From: a virus
Taxonomy: Duplodnaviria > Caudoviricetes
Reading direction: 5' to 3' (one strand)
DNA: 58,589 bases
IMG/VR virus record: IMGVR_UViG_3300005326_000010
Coordinates: 1 to 58,589 of that record
Shown here piece after piece: positions 8,229 through 17,149 of this stretch. The position numbers and the translations under genes were made by a program. The notes beneath the pieces are model-generated. The model did no database searches. It had not been told where the DNA came from and worked only from the letters and a program-made list of their open reading frames with translations. Within the stretch, counting starts at the first letter, position 1, and each line of letters begins with the position of its first letter.

Positions 8229-9809
8229 TTACATCCTTGAGTCGGCCAAAGCCTTTCGGTAGATTTTAAAGTCCTTTATTTGCGAACTAATAGTGCCGGT
8301 TGTGCCGTTCAACGTGCCTATCTGGTAGGTGGTCGTGGTGGCTGGTGGTGTGGTGTCTGCGCTTCCCGTCCCCATCACTGAATTGACAGCGACATCCGTA
8401 CTGTAGTCCGAGTTGATTCGCCAGCCGATACGATAGGTCGTGCCTACAACAGCGGTTAGGGCTTTCGTGGCATCGAAGTTACTTCCACCAACTCGCTTCC
8501 TGAAGGTGATGTTTGTTCCATCGTAGAACACACCCATGTAGTTATTTGCGTCGAGGTAGCTGCCCCATAGGTACTCGGCACTCCCCTTGATGCCATTGGG
8601 AGTCCAGTAGAACGTCCCGGTCATAGGGATTGAGAACGCTCCGGTGACGGGGTAGGAGAGCAGGGTTGCTGCTCTGGTATTTGTGGCCCCGACACTTATT
8701 TTAAAACTGGTACAAGCGACCTGTTCCTCAAAATCCGGCAGCACAAAATCAACCACATCTCCTGCGCCGATACTGAAAACAAGCTGTGACCCGCTCAAGG
8801 GAGTAGCGTTCTCAACCTTGTAGTGAGTGAGGGTTGAGCCGGTTATGGTCGTGGTCGTTGCGTTAATGCCAATGGTAGATGTTCCGCTTCCGCTTACCTT
8901 TGCGGCTACCACTTGCCCTGAGTGTTTGTTGGTATTCCCGGCTGTGCCGGTTATCGTAACCGTTACGGCCCCAGCGTCGGAGTTTGTGACTCTAACAATC
9001 CGCGCCCCCGGCACTATCGAACCGTAAGCCGTCCCTGTGTAGTCCTTGGCGATAATTTCAGCGGTGGATGCTGTTGCGCTTCCCAACGTCATACCACGAA
9101 TAGCGGTGGTGCTGGTTGCGGTGGCTTTGGTGCCGATGGCGTTGTAAACTTCTTTTATGGATACGTTGTCGATGGAGCCGGTGAAACCTGTTGCAGTAAA
9201 TCTATATGTCGTATCACCTATACATACACCTTCATCTGTGTACGTTCCAGAAGTTGTATGCGCTGTGAGAGGCGTACCATTACCCAAAGAAACTGCTAAA
9301 GAGCCACTTGTCACAGTTATTGTGTATGTAACCGTGTAAACCTTTCCTATGGCTATCACACCGGCCTTATAGAGTGCCGATGCTGTCACTCCAGAGACAT
9401 TAGCAACTCCCCCACTTATCGTTGTGCCAGCATTCTTGCCCCACCACCCAGTATCGCTACTGAACTCTCTATCAGCAGCAACAGTTATTAACTCACTCCC
9501 CAAACTCTCCGTGAGTGCACTGTAGCACGTAACCTTGTTGGTGCTGCTTCCTTCCAGCCAGACACCCTTACTATCCGTTCCTGGTTGATTAGCAGCGAAG
9601 GATTGATAAAAGCCATTGATGGAATAATTGGCGGCAGAGTTGCGGGTGAATGTGCCGGTCAGGACTGACGAGGCTACCGTGAACGGCTGATAAAAGGCCC
9701 ACTTCTTGCCACCCTCGTTCCACGCCAGGGAGAAGTCGCCAAACCCCGCCCACGCACCTTGCGCGAACAGCAGGACAGCCAATATTGATAAGAAGAATTT
9801 ATACATCAT
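8229..9809 (-). CDS. Fibre/spike-like protein with carbohydrate-binding and LamG/ConA-like domains and an N-terminal Sec signal peptide
   Basis: Start MMYKFFLSILAVLLFAQGAWA after GGAGG RBS; Thr/Gly-rich beta content; FTGSIDNVSIKE and IKDFKIYRKAL jelly-roll-type ends. Confidence 0.65.
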   Translation of the reverse strand: MMYKFFLSILAVLLFAQGAWAGFGDFSLAWNEGGKKWAFYQPFTVASSVLTGTFTRNSAANYSINGFYQSFAANQPGTDSKGVWLEGSSTNKVTCYSALTESLGSELITVAADREFSSDTGWWGKNAGTTISGGVANVSGVTASALYKAGVIAIGKVYTVTYTITVTSGSLAVSLGNGTPLTAHTTSGTYTDEGVCIGDTTYRFTATGFTGSIDNVSIKEVYNAIGTKATATSTTAIRGMTLGSATASTAEIIAKDYTGTAYGSIVPGARIVRVTNSDAGAVTVTITGTAGNTNKHSGQVVAAKVSGSGTSTIGINATTTTITGSTLTHYKVENATPLSGSQLVFSIGAGDVVDFVLPDFEEQVACTSFKISVGATNTRAATLLSYPVTGAFSIPMTGTFYWTPNGIKGSAEYLWGSYLDANNYMGVFYDGTNITFRKRVGGSNFDATKALTAVVGTTYRIGWRINSDYSTDVAVNSVMGTGSADTTPPATTTTYQIGTLNGTTGTISSQIKDFKIYRKALADSRM

Positions 9810-10021
9810 CGCCTCCCGAAAATAAACCGCACATCGCCGCCCGTGAACCACTGACCTTCCTGCTCCCAATGGCCGGTCGTGTAGTCAGCGTAGTTCTCGC
9901 CGCCTGACTCGATCCGCTTCACACCGCCGTTGAAGCCGACCTCGACAGTTGAGAGTTGGAAGGAGCAACCCGAAAGCAGGGTCGCGGTGAGTAGGAGGGT
10001 TATTAAGAGTAAGGGTCTCAT
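9806..10021 (-). CDS. Small lipoprotein
   Basis: MRPLLLITLLLTATLLSGC lipobox. Confidence 0.7.
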   Translation of the reverse strand: MRPLLLITLLLTATLLSGCSFQLSTVEVGFNGGVKRIESGGENYADYTTGHWEQEGQWFTGGDVRFIFGRR

Positions 10022-10034
10022 AGGATAGAGTCTC

Positions 10035-10400
10035 CTACTTCAAGACGTTCGAGAACGGCGTGGCGGCGTAAATGAGCAAGTAATTGGTCAGGTCGGTGCC
10101 GAAGTAGTGTTTGGCATCAGTATCGGTTTGAACATAGTAAAAGACGTCGTTAGTGTCGAAGGTGTGGGTAATGCTCTTGGTCAGGTAGTAATTGTAGATC
10201 TTCGTCATCGCTGCGCCTTGGATGATGCTGTTATTGGCATCACGGGCGAGACGGGTTTTCTGTACCGCGATCCGGAGGTTTGGTGTCGCCGTCTTCGCAG
10301 AGGACGCTTGGGTGAAGGTGATCGAAGACATGTCGAGGGCGAAGGCTGCGAGCGGTTGGGTAAGGATTAAGAGGGCGAAGATAGTAAGCAGAATTTTCAT
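10035..10400 (-). CDS. Secreted hypothetical protein
   Basis: MKILLTIFALLILTQPLAAFA signal peptide with A-x-A cleavage site. Confidence 0.7.
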   Translation of the reverse strand: MKILLTIFALLILTQPLAAFALDMSSITFTQASSAKTATPNLRIAVQKTRLARDANNSIIQGAAMTKIYNYYLTKSITHTFDTNDVFYYVQTDTDAKHYFGTDLTNYLLIYAATPFSNVLK

Positions 10401-10418
10401 AATTGTGTCTCCTATTTG

Positions 10419-10910
10419 TTAAAGGCCATTGATTTGTATATTCACTTGGATGGCTCCCTGGTTCGCATTCTTATCCACCACCGGCTCCAGGCCGCCGTAC
10501 TTGGCCACGGACTTCAGGAGTTCGTGCTTCATGTTGATCGTGGTGCGCTCGTCGAAGAAGTGGAGGTAGATGTCCTCCAGGAACTCACTCGCCATGCGCC
10601 GGCAGATGCTGGGAAAGACCAGTCCATTCTCGCGCACGTCTTTCTGCTCGGCAGCCAGGGCTCGGCGGAACGCCGGGAGGTGCTTCAGAGTTTCGTATTG
10701 GTCTTGGGTTATTGAGTAGCGATTGAGGATCTCTGCTTCGGGTTCGACGCCAAGGGCGAGTTCCATCGGCAGGCGGGATGGCCAAGGGGTGAGTGTGGAG
10801 CGAGCGGGTTCGTTGTCTTCCTCGGGAGGGACCAGAGGAAGGTGAAGTTCCTCCCCCGGTGTGAGGTCGGAAAACAGATCGTCGTCAAGGTTTAAACATA
10901 TTCCGTCCAT
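10419..10910 (-). CDS. Putative terminase small subunit / first late-operon DNA-binding protein
   Basis: HTH-like middle, helical core and beta-strand tail IQVNIQIN typical of TerS; own promoter. Confidence 0.5.
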   Translation of the reverse strand: MDGICLNLDDDLFSDLTPGEELHLPLVPPEEDNEPARSTLTPWPSRLPMELALGVEPEAEILNRYSITQDQYETLKHLPAFRRALAAEQKDVRENGLVFPSICRRMASEFLEDIYLHFFDERTTINMKHELLKSVAKYGGLEPVVDKNANQGAIQVNIQINGL

Positions 10911-10920
10911 GGTGCCGAAC

Positions 10921-10947
10921 GGTATAGTATTTTTGGTTTTTTGTCAA
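10921..10947 (-). promoter_or_regulatory. Sigma70-like promoter at the head of the late operon
   Basis: TTGACA (10942-10947) with TACTAT/TATACC -10 candidates just before the ATG at 10910. Confidence 0.55.
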
Positions 10948-11132
10948 GTGAATTGTTTGGGTTGGGTGTTGTGCATCTCCACACTATGCACTTCGAGCCT
11001 TCGGCAGGACGGGCAGCCCCAGATTTGACAGGCTCCTTTGTGGTTAACCCGCTGGATCTCCAGGAGCATGAAGGAGTCACACTGCGGACAAGGCTTTGTC
11101 TCAACCGCGTCGGTGTCTACGATGTGAGTCAC
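10944..11132 (-). CDS. Zinc-ribbon protein (GTG start)
   Basis: CPQC...CPSC; AGGAGG RBS; upstream TTGGCA-N17-TATACT. Confidence 0.55.
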   Translation of the reverse strand: MTHIVDTDAVETKPCPQCDSFMLLEIQRVNHKGACQIWGCPSCRRLEVHSVEMHNTQPKQFT

Positions 11133-11694
11133 AGGGAACCTCCTGGAATTTTTGCTTTTGAGTATATTCAAGTTCTTTATTTGTGCCAAGAGGTTTCTGG
11201 GAATTTTTGTGTCTTGGTAAACTAGACATAAACACGACATCTGAGTGGGCCGGAGTCTCTGGCGGCGTCGCAGTACGCTCACTCGATTCATAACAATCGT
11301 AAAATCTAAGAGGCGTCGCGGCTACGTCAAGTTCTTTATTTACCTATTTTTGTAGGAGGTATCGCACAGGGCCTGAGTATGGTGCCCGGCCCCGTCGAAC
11401 GAAGCCCCCCAGACACAATTCAGGAAACACTATCAGGCCGTTAAATCGGCGCGTAGCGCCTACTTACAAAAGTTTTACGCGCGAAGCGCGACGTAATTAA
11501 ATCAATGGGGGTGAAGCGAGCGAAGCGAGCGAGGGGGGACGCAGATTCCCAGTTGACAAGGACGCAACATCACTCTGATCTGTAAAGCCTAGCAATAACA
11601 GACAGTTATGCGATCACGTCCGATAAGATCTATTATGTTCACTTGCAATGTGTAAAGTTCACAGTATACTTTTAGCTGAAAGGAAGGTGTGATT

Positions 11695-12033
11695 ATGAGA
11701 AAAGCGCGGATCGACGTGAAAGAAATGGTGCGTTTGTACCTGGTGGAGCTGCGGACAATGCAGGAAATAGCGGAGATTGCCGGCGTATCACGCGCTGCAG
11801 TATCCCAGCACATCAAAAATAGTGGTTTAACGTACCGCGGAGGCCCTGTAACGGTCGTTTGCTCTGGTTGTGGGGCTTCGTTCCCGGTCGCGCGGTCGAG
11901 GGCCTCAAAGGGCGGTAAGCTGTATTGCTCCGCCAAGTGTTACCACAAGTCACGGATTATTGGTACTGAGAACTACGCCAGACTAACGAAAATAATGCAG
12001 GATCTTGGGCGCGGTCGAAAACGACACAATTAG
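11695..12033 (+). CDS. HTH plus zinc-finger DNA-binding protein
   Basis: TMQEIAEIAGVSRAAVSQHI HTH; CSGC...YCSAKC finger; upstream TTGCAA-N16-TATACT. Confidence 0.7.
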   Translation: MRKARIDVKEMVRLYLVELRTMQEIAEIAGVSRAAVSQHIKNSGLTYRGGPVTVVCSGCGASFPVARSRASKGGKLYCSAKCYHKSRIIGTENYARLTKIMQDLGRGRKRHN

Positions 12034-12480
12034 GTACTGTAGTATTTTTAGTATTTTGTCTGCTACCTGTCCAATCGGCCACTGGCGTGTGAATCCAGGC
12101 GCCTCTAGTAGATCCTGCTAGTTGGTAGTAAGTCCACCGAAACATTTTTTACTACAACTTTTCTCTAATGATATCCATGGAGTACCTTTTTATTTATATT
12201 AATATTTATAGTAGAGTAGAACGATTTTCAAAAAAACAAGTGACGACTAGATTAATAATTCAGTTTTCCATATGTTTAGACTGAAAATTAATATGTGAAA
12301 AATCGCCCTCTATTTTTCAAAAAACGTACTACAATACTAGCCTTTTCAACATACTTTAACACCTAACCTCGTAGTATCATTGAAAAATAGTTGTAGTAAA
12401 AAATGTTTTTTAAAATTTACTACAAGTCCCTAAAACATACTACGAAACCACCACAATAATATCTATTTGGACATAATCAT
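12034..12480. other. AT-rich non-coding region with TACTAC/GTAGTA repeats and a 20-bp inverted repeat; candidate replication origin
   Basis: aaacattttttactacaact (12140-12159) is the exact reverse complement of 12389-12408; further tactac-type copies near 12040, 12328, 12418, 12438. Confidence 0.55.
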
Positions 12481-12530
12481 AACTAGGCCTTTTGGTTTTT
12501 AAGAAAGTGTGTAGGTATATAAATACATGC

Positions 12531-12559
12531 TTGACAAAGGTTGTCGTATAGTTTACCTT
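12531..12559 (+). promoter_or_regulatory. Sigma70-like promoter
   Basis: TTGACA-N17-TACCTT upstream of the GGAGG RBS of 12601. Confidence 0.55.
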
Positions 12560-12600
12560 AGCCTTTATAGTAAATACTTTCGAGGAGGTAGAAAAAGGTT

Positions 12601-12996
12601 ATGGCTATTAAAAGAAACGCTACACCGGATGATATCGAATGGACGCCTTTACGTTATTTGGCAGGAAAAAGCTATTTAGATTGGTGCGCACCTGGCGGAG
12701 GTATGCGTGCGTGGTACCAGATTTCATCAGGTGAAATAGTTCTGATAACCGGGAACTATGAGACAGAAAAGGCTATCAATAAGGAAATAGATAAAATAGA
12801 AAAAGAGATAGCGAGAGAAAAAGCAGAGTCTGAGAATGAAGCGGGCCGAACTGCTATGCCTGTACGTCCTGAACGTGGAAGAAAATTTGTATTATTCCTT
12901 TCAGATGATGAACACAGAGAGTTGAAAGCGAAGGCGATTAGGGAAGATATGTCAATCAATGCATATATACGCCGAAAAGTTTTAGAAAGGAGGTGA
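12601..12996 (+). CDS. Protein with C-terminal ribbon-helix-helix (Arc/CopG/HicB-like) domain
   Basis: KFVLFLSDDEHRELKAKAIREDMSINAYIRRKV. Confidence 0.7.
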   Translation: MAIKRNATPDDIEWTPLRYLAGKSYLDWCAPGGGMRAWYQISSGEIVLITGNYETEKAINKEIDKIEKEIAREKAESENEAGRTAMPVRPERGRKFVLFLSDDEHRELKAKAIREDMSINAYIRRKVLERR

Positions 12997-13002
12997 TAAA
13001 GT

Positions 13003-13146
13003 ATGGAGAAACAGCGAAGATATTTTATATGTAGAAAGTGCAAGGCTGTACATTCAAGTTTTACGGTGCCTCCCGAGTGTTGTCCAGGGTCTTGTTATAT
13101 AGAACTATTCCTACCATCTAAACGCGAAAACGAAGAAACAAAGTAA
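13003..13146 (+). CDS. Small Cys-rich protein (47 aa)
   Basis: AAGGAGGTGA RBS; CRKC...CCPGSC. Confidence 0.45.
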   Translation: MEKQRRYFICRKCKAVHSSFTVPPECCPGSCYIELFLPSKRENEETK

Positions 13147-13160
13147 CCAGAAGCAAAACC

Positions 13161-13195
13161 AAAAAAGCCCGGGATTCTGCCACCGTCCCGGGCTT
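13161..13195 (-). terminator. Intrinsic terminator between convergent units
   Basis: aagcccggga/tcccgggctt stem with A6 run (U-tract on minus strand). Confidence 0.75.
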
Positions 13196-13215
13196 CCTCT
13201 TATCTGTGGACCTCC

Positions 13216-13923
13216 TTATCTCCTCATCCTTTCTAGGATCTCTTCAAGTTCCGCAGCGTATTTAAGAATGGCTTCCGTTTCTTCCTGGGAGTAAGAGTTA
13301 CCACCTGAATGTCTTCGATGCGTCAACATATCGTCGGCTGAATCGTAGAAGTCAATTGGGAAATCGGGCGTCTCGGCAACAAGCGACGCTTTTTCTTCTA
13401 TCATTTCGCTGACAGCCTTCAATTCCGGATACATATCACACAAAATCAGATTATACGCCGGCGCGAGTTTCTCCAGGTCGATATAACCGATCCCGCCGGC
13501 TTCCACTTCGAAATATATGCGTCCTTCATTCTTGGCTTTTTCATATGCGTCGCGGTCGATCTCCCGGCGGTCAAGTAGTTCGAGGGTCTCTTTCAGTGGC
13601 TCCGGCGTATAGAGACGGAAAATATCATCGTTGTCTTTTAGGTATTCATCTTCAATTTCCATTTCGATTTGTGAGACAAGCTCGTCATCAAAGCATGGAT
13701 AGTCAGAAAGACTTTCTAGCAGTTCTCTGTTTTCTGTGGTATCAAGCAACCATGCTTTCTCCCAGCCATAACAACCGGTTTCCCGCTGTTCAATAAGGTT
13801 GTTTTCTTCCAGGTAGCGTACGTTTGCCCGTTCCACCGCGCATGAGTTGTCATAGTCTCCGAATGATATATAGTCGCAGGATATTAGGCTGACGCCTTCT
13901 TCTGTTTTCTCTTCGATTTTCAT
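13216..13923 (-). CDS. Acidic hypothetical early protein
   Basis: Very D/E-rich; ATG at 13923 with GGAGG RBS. Confidence 0.65.
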   Translation of the reverse strand: MKIEEKTEEGVSLISCDYISFGDYDNSCAVERANVRYLEENNLIEQRETGCYGWEKAWLLDTTENRELLESLSDYPCFDDELVSQIEMEIEDEYLKDNDDIFRLYTPEPLKETLELLDRREIDRDAYEKAKNEGRIYFEVEAGGIGYIDLEKLAPAYNLILCDMYPELKAVSEMIEEKASLVAETPDFPIDFYDSADDMLTHRRHSGGNSYSQEETEAILKYAAELEEILERMRR

Positions 13924-14001
13924 TTCCTTTACCTCCCAGATCCTTAGTTTAATTGAAACGATAAAGCCAAACAACCAGAACAGCGAAAAATAATAGTAGG
14001 G

Positions 14002-14202
14002 TCATATGGTTTGCACCTCCTGATAGTCCGGGTTTGTTTCCCGCCCTTGTGTAATTTTTATCAGATACGGGCAGTTCTCACGGTAGGTTTTCCGGTTCTC
14101 TTTCATTCCCCGGTATGTCGTTTCGAAGCACTCATATTCCCAGCCGTTTCCGTAGTCCACATATATTTTCCAGCCGTAGAGATATTTATTGACTCGTTTC
14201 AC
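14002..14202 (-). CDS. Hypothetical early protein (GTG start)
   Basis: AGGAGGTG RBS; YGNGWEYE motif. Confidence 0.6.
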   Translation of the reverse strand: MKRVNKYLYGWKIYVDYGNGWEYECFETTYRGMKENRKTYRENCPYLIKITQGRETNPDYQEVQTI

Positions 14203-14206
14203 GGTT

Positions 14207-16186
14207 TCACCTCCTGATAACAAGTAGAGCAACGTTGACGTTCGTTCCCTGTTCTTTAAAACTCCCAGCAGGTAATACTTCCCAGTGGTCCGCAAGCGGT
14301 TGAAGTGCTGCCTGTTGTCGTGGTCCGTTCGCGCAAAGAGCAACAAGCGTTCCACCCGGCTTCAACATCGTTAAAGCGTGTTTAATGTGTTTGATGTCGT
14401 CGCCGTTCTGGAACGGCGGGTTCATGATAACACGGTCGAATGAGCGGGACTCGTCAATAATAGTCAAAAAATCGTCACATTGTACGGTTACATTTCCAGC
14501 GTCAACGGAATAATATTTAGTGTTGAGCTGAGCGGCTATGGAAGCATTTATCTCATAGGCGAGTACAAAACAACGCGGCGCGGTTTTGAATACCGCGGCA
14601 ATGAGGTTTCCAGTGCCGGCACTAGGCTCCAGGATGTTCATATCATCGTCAATTTCCGCATATTCCACCATTTTCTCGGCAATCTCCGGCGGTGTCGGAA
14701 ATAATTGCGGCGCGGATACAACCTGCACACCAGTTTTTAGGCTTTCTTTTATTGCCTCTTTCTTTTCGTTCTTCTCCGGCGGTGCATACGCCGGGCGTTC
14801 TCCCAAAACAGGTTCAGGCGGCGCGAGTTTCGGCGCGTCGGGCGATACGTCCGGGTGCGGTGGATCTTTCCGTTTCGCGTCGGTAATAAAAACCGGCGAG
14901 TATTCTCGGTCAATGAGCATGTACCGCACTCTATGTGCTCCGACTGTTTCAGTTGCGGCAACGTCGCGAGTCCCTTTATAGTCCTTGTATGTCTTATCCC
15001 ATTTCTCTTGTGTAATTTCTTTGATGTCGTGTTCCACGATATCGCACATATAAGACATAATGCGCTTGATCCCTACGCGCCCGGGGTAGTTACAAATGGG
15101 CGCTTTTGCGGTTACTGCCTTGACAGCGGCGGCCTGTTCTTCTGTAGGCGGTTGGTAGTCTTTGATTTTTTCAATACCTACTTTCGAGACATAACGTGCA
15201 TTCGTCGTGACACTGTTAATAGCCCCGTTTGCCTTGTTGACTCTGACGACTGTTACCCACTCATTATGGTGAGTCAATACCCGGCCGCCTGGCTTGATGT
15301 CCCACTTCTCGGCGGCGAGCCCGCCGGCTTCTTGGAGCATGGCGCGTTCATAGGCGAGCCGGTTATCAATGTGGTTGATCCACTCGACACAGTGGGCGAT
15401 TATGCGCGGTTTTGATTTCATGGCTATTTCCTGCGCCTGTTCCCAAGTAATTACACTACCGTCAAGGGCGGACCAAATACCCATTTGACCCTCGTACTGC
15501 GATGCTGGCGGGTCTCGCGGATAGTCGGCGAGCGGAAAGCAGCGGGAAATATAATCATAGTTCGCGACTTTCAGAGCCTTTTCGAGTGAGTCAACAGCAG
15601 TCCAGAGTTTCAAGAATGTTTCCGCTTCGGCCTTCGTTTTCTCCTGTTTCCGCTTGTCGGCTTCAAGGCCTTTGATTCTCCGGTGACGGACGCCGGGAAG
15701 CTCTTTATATTTAGCGTGTGCGAGTGCTCCGGCGGCGCGGCGTTCCCAGTATTCGGCGGTTTCCCACATTTTAACAGCGCGTTTCATACCATTTTCAATC
15801 CGTTCGGCGTCTTTTCTTGCGCGGCGTTCGGAATGATGGCCTACAAGAACCGGTTGCCCTAGCGGTATATTGTCGGCTATTGCTGCAACTCCGGCGTGTG
15901 CTCGTTCGGCGTCGTCGGCGCGTTTCTCGCTATAGTCTTCAAAACGTTCGGCACGTTCTTCGGCACGTTCCACAAGGCTTTTATCTTCGTCGCTGATCTC
16001 GTCGGCAAACTGTAAGGCAGTTTCTTCGCGGTGCGGTGTCCAGACAGCGTAAAAACATTCTTGTTTAGGGGCCCAGCCAAACCCGGCGAATTTCAGCACC
16101 TGATATTCGTCTTTTGGCAAACGATATGCCGGATAAATCCTGATTTTATCATCCTCTGGTGAGTACGTCGCGGTGTGTTCTTTCAT
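14207..16186 (-). CDS. DUF3560 domain plus DNA amino-methyltransferase fusion
   Basis: IPLGQPVLVGHHSERRAR (DUF3560); QLFPTP, ILEPSAGTG (SAM binding), VIMNPPF (catalytic). Confidence 0.88.
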   Translation of the reverse strand: MKEHTATYSPEDDKIRIYPAYRLPKDEYQVLKFAGFGWAPKQECFYAVWTPHREETALQFADEISDEDKSLVERAEERAERFEDYSEKRADDAERAHAGVAAIADNIPLGQPVLVGHHSERRARKDAERIENGMKRAVKMWETAEYWERRAAGALAHAKYKELPGVRHRRIKGLEADKRKQEKTKAEAETFLKLWTAVDSLEKALKVANYDYISRCFPLADYPRDPPASQYEGQMGIWSALDGSVITWEQAQEIAMKSKPRIIAHCVEWINHIDNRLAYERAMLQEAGGLAAEKWDIKPGGRVLTHHNEWVTVVRVNKANGAINSVTTNARYVSKVGIEKIKDYQPPTEEQAAAVKAVTAKAPICNYPGRVGIKRIMSYMCDIVEHDIKEITQEKWDKTYKDYKGTRDVAATETVGAHRVRYMLIDREYSPVFITDAKRKDPPHPDVSPDAPKLAPPEPVLGERPAYAPPEKNEKKEAIKESLKTGVQVVSAPQLFPTPPEIAEKMVEYAEIDDDMNILEPSAGTGNLIAAVFKTAPRCFVLAYEINASIAAQLNTKYYSVDAGNVTVQCDDFLTIIDESRSFDRVIMNPPFQNGDDIKHIKHALTMLKPGGTLVALCANGPRQQAALQPLADHWEVLPAGSFKEQGTNVNVALLVIRR

Positions 16187-16191
16187 GGCTT

Positions 16192-16383
16192 TTATTCTCC
16201 TTTAGCTTTAAATTTAGTACCCGCAGGCAATCTAGTTAAATGCTTCAGCCCGTCATGGTCCCTCATGTCGTTTATTACCCGCAAAGCATATTCTTCCTTT
16301 GATTCCATCGCGCTTTCATTGACATCAAAGGGCGATACACTACCCATCGAAGGGATAAATGGTACTATGCATGTATATTTCAT
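16192..16383 (-). CDS. Hypothetical early protein
   Basis: RBS and operon packing. Confidence 0.55.
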   Translation of the reverse strand: MKYTCIVPFIPSMGSVSPFDVNESAMESKEEYALRVINDMRDHDGLKHLTRLPAGTKFKAKGE

Positions 16384-16455
16384 TTCCTCACCTCTCAACC
16401 AGCCAAATTAAAAACCCTAACAGCCAAATAAACCCAATGACCTGCAACCATATTT

Positions 16456-16764
16456 TCATGATTCTACCCTCTTTTTTGCTTCGGCTATCGCATCTTCTAC
16501 CATATCAGCAAAGTAGTCATCTTTATATGTGGTGTAGAATTCCTCCGGTGTTTCGTAACAGCAAGCACCAAGATATGCCACTCCCAGCTCTACACCGTCT
16601 CTCCAGGCAGACACTTTAGCAGAGAACCACGCGTAATCTTCTATTGCTTCATACTGTTCTGTGGTCCATCCACATTCTTTTATGAAGTGTTGCCGCATGG
16701 CTATGTCTTCCTCTTCAGCCTCGAAACAGATGATAAAACCGTCTTTTATGAATAAGGGCGTCAT
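16456..16764 (-). CDS. Acidic hypothetical early protein
   Basis: GGAGGTG RBS; YLGACCY motif. Confidence 0.65.
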   Translation of the reverse strand: MTPLFIKDGFIICFEAEEEDIAMRQHFIKECGWTTEQYEAIEDYAWFSAKVSAWRDGVELGVAYLGACCYETPEEFYTTYKDDYFADMVEDAIAEAKKRVES

Positions 16765-16767
16765 GTT

Positions 16768-16935
16768 CTACACCTCCCCAACTTCGATTTCAAAACTATC
16801 GCCGTCCCGCATGAACATATACAGTTCTTTCAGGTTCTCCAGCGGATACCCAGCCAGGCGCTGCAAACTCGGCTGCACGTTCGCCATAAGAAAAATGCCT
16901 TGAATCAATTCCTTTCGTGTGAGTGTCTTTTTCAT
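16768..16935 (-). CDS. First gene of the leftward early cassette (55 aa)
   Basis: Hand-translated MKKTLTRKELIQG...; AAGGAG RBS. Confidence 0.5.
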   Translation of the reverse strand: MKKTLTRKELIQGIFLMANVQPSLQRLAGYPLENLKELYMFMRDGDSFEIEVGEV

Positions 16936-16984
16936 TTCCCAGCTCCTTTCGACCCGTTCCGGATCGCTCCTTGAATTTGATATA

Positions 16985-17115
16985 AGTATACCCGAAAACG
17001 CCGTTTTGTCAAATTCTTTATTCTGGTAGTTCCACTATCGACGCGGCCTCACAGCCTTTTACCGTTAAGCCTAGAAAAATAAGTTATTGACAAATAGATT
17101 GAACTACAGTATTCT
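16985..17115. promoter_or_regulatory. Divergent sigma70 promoter pair
   Basis: Minus: TTGACA(17007-17012)-N16-TATACT. Plus: TTGACA(17087-17092)-N17-TATTCT. Confidence 0.75.
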
Positions 17116-17149
17116 TTACTCGTGTTTGAGAAACGAGATGAGGGGATAT

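Noticed and set aside
8229-9809. Diversity-generating retroelement acting on a fibre gene
   Set aside because: No reverse transcriptase ORF, and I saw no template/variable repeat pair differing at adenines.
12601-13146. Toxin-antitoxin pair (RHH protein plus small ORF)
   Set aside because: The downstream 47-aa Cys-rich ORF has no recognisable toxin motif.
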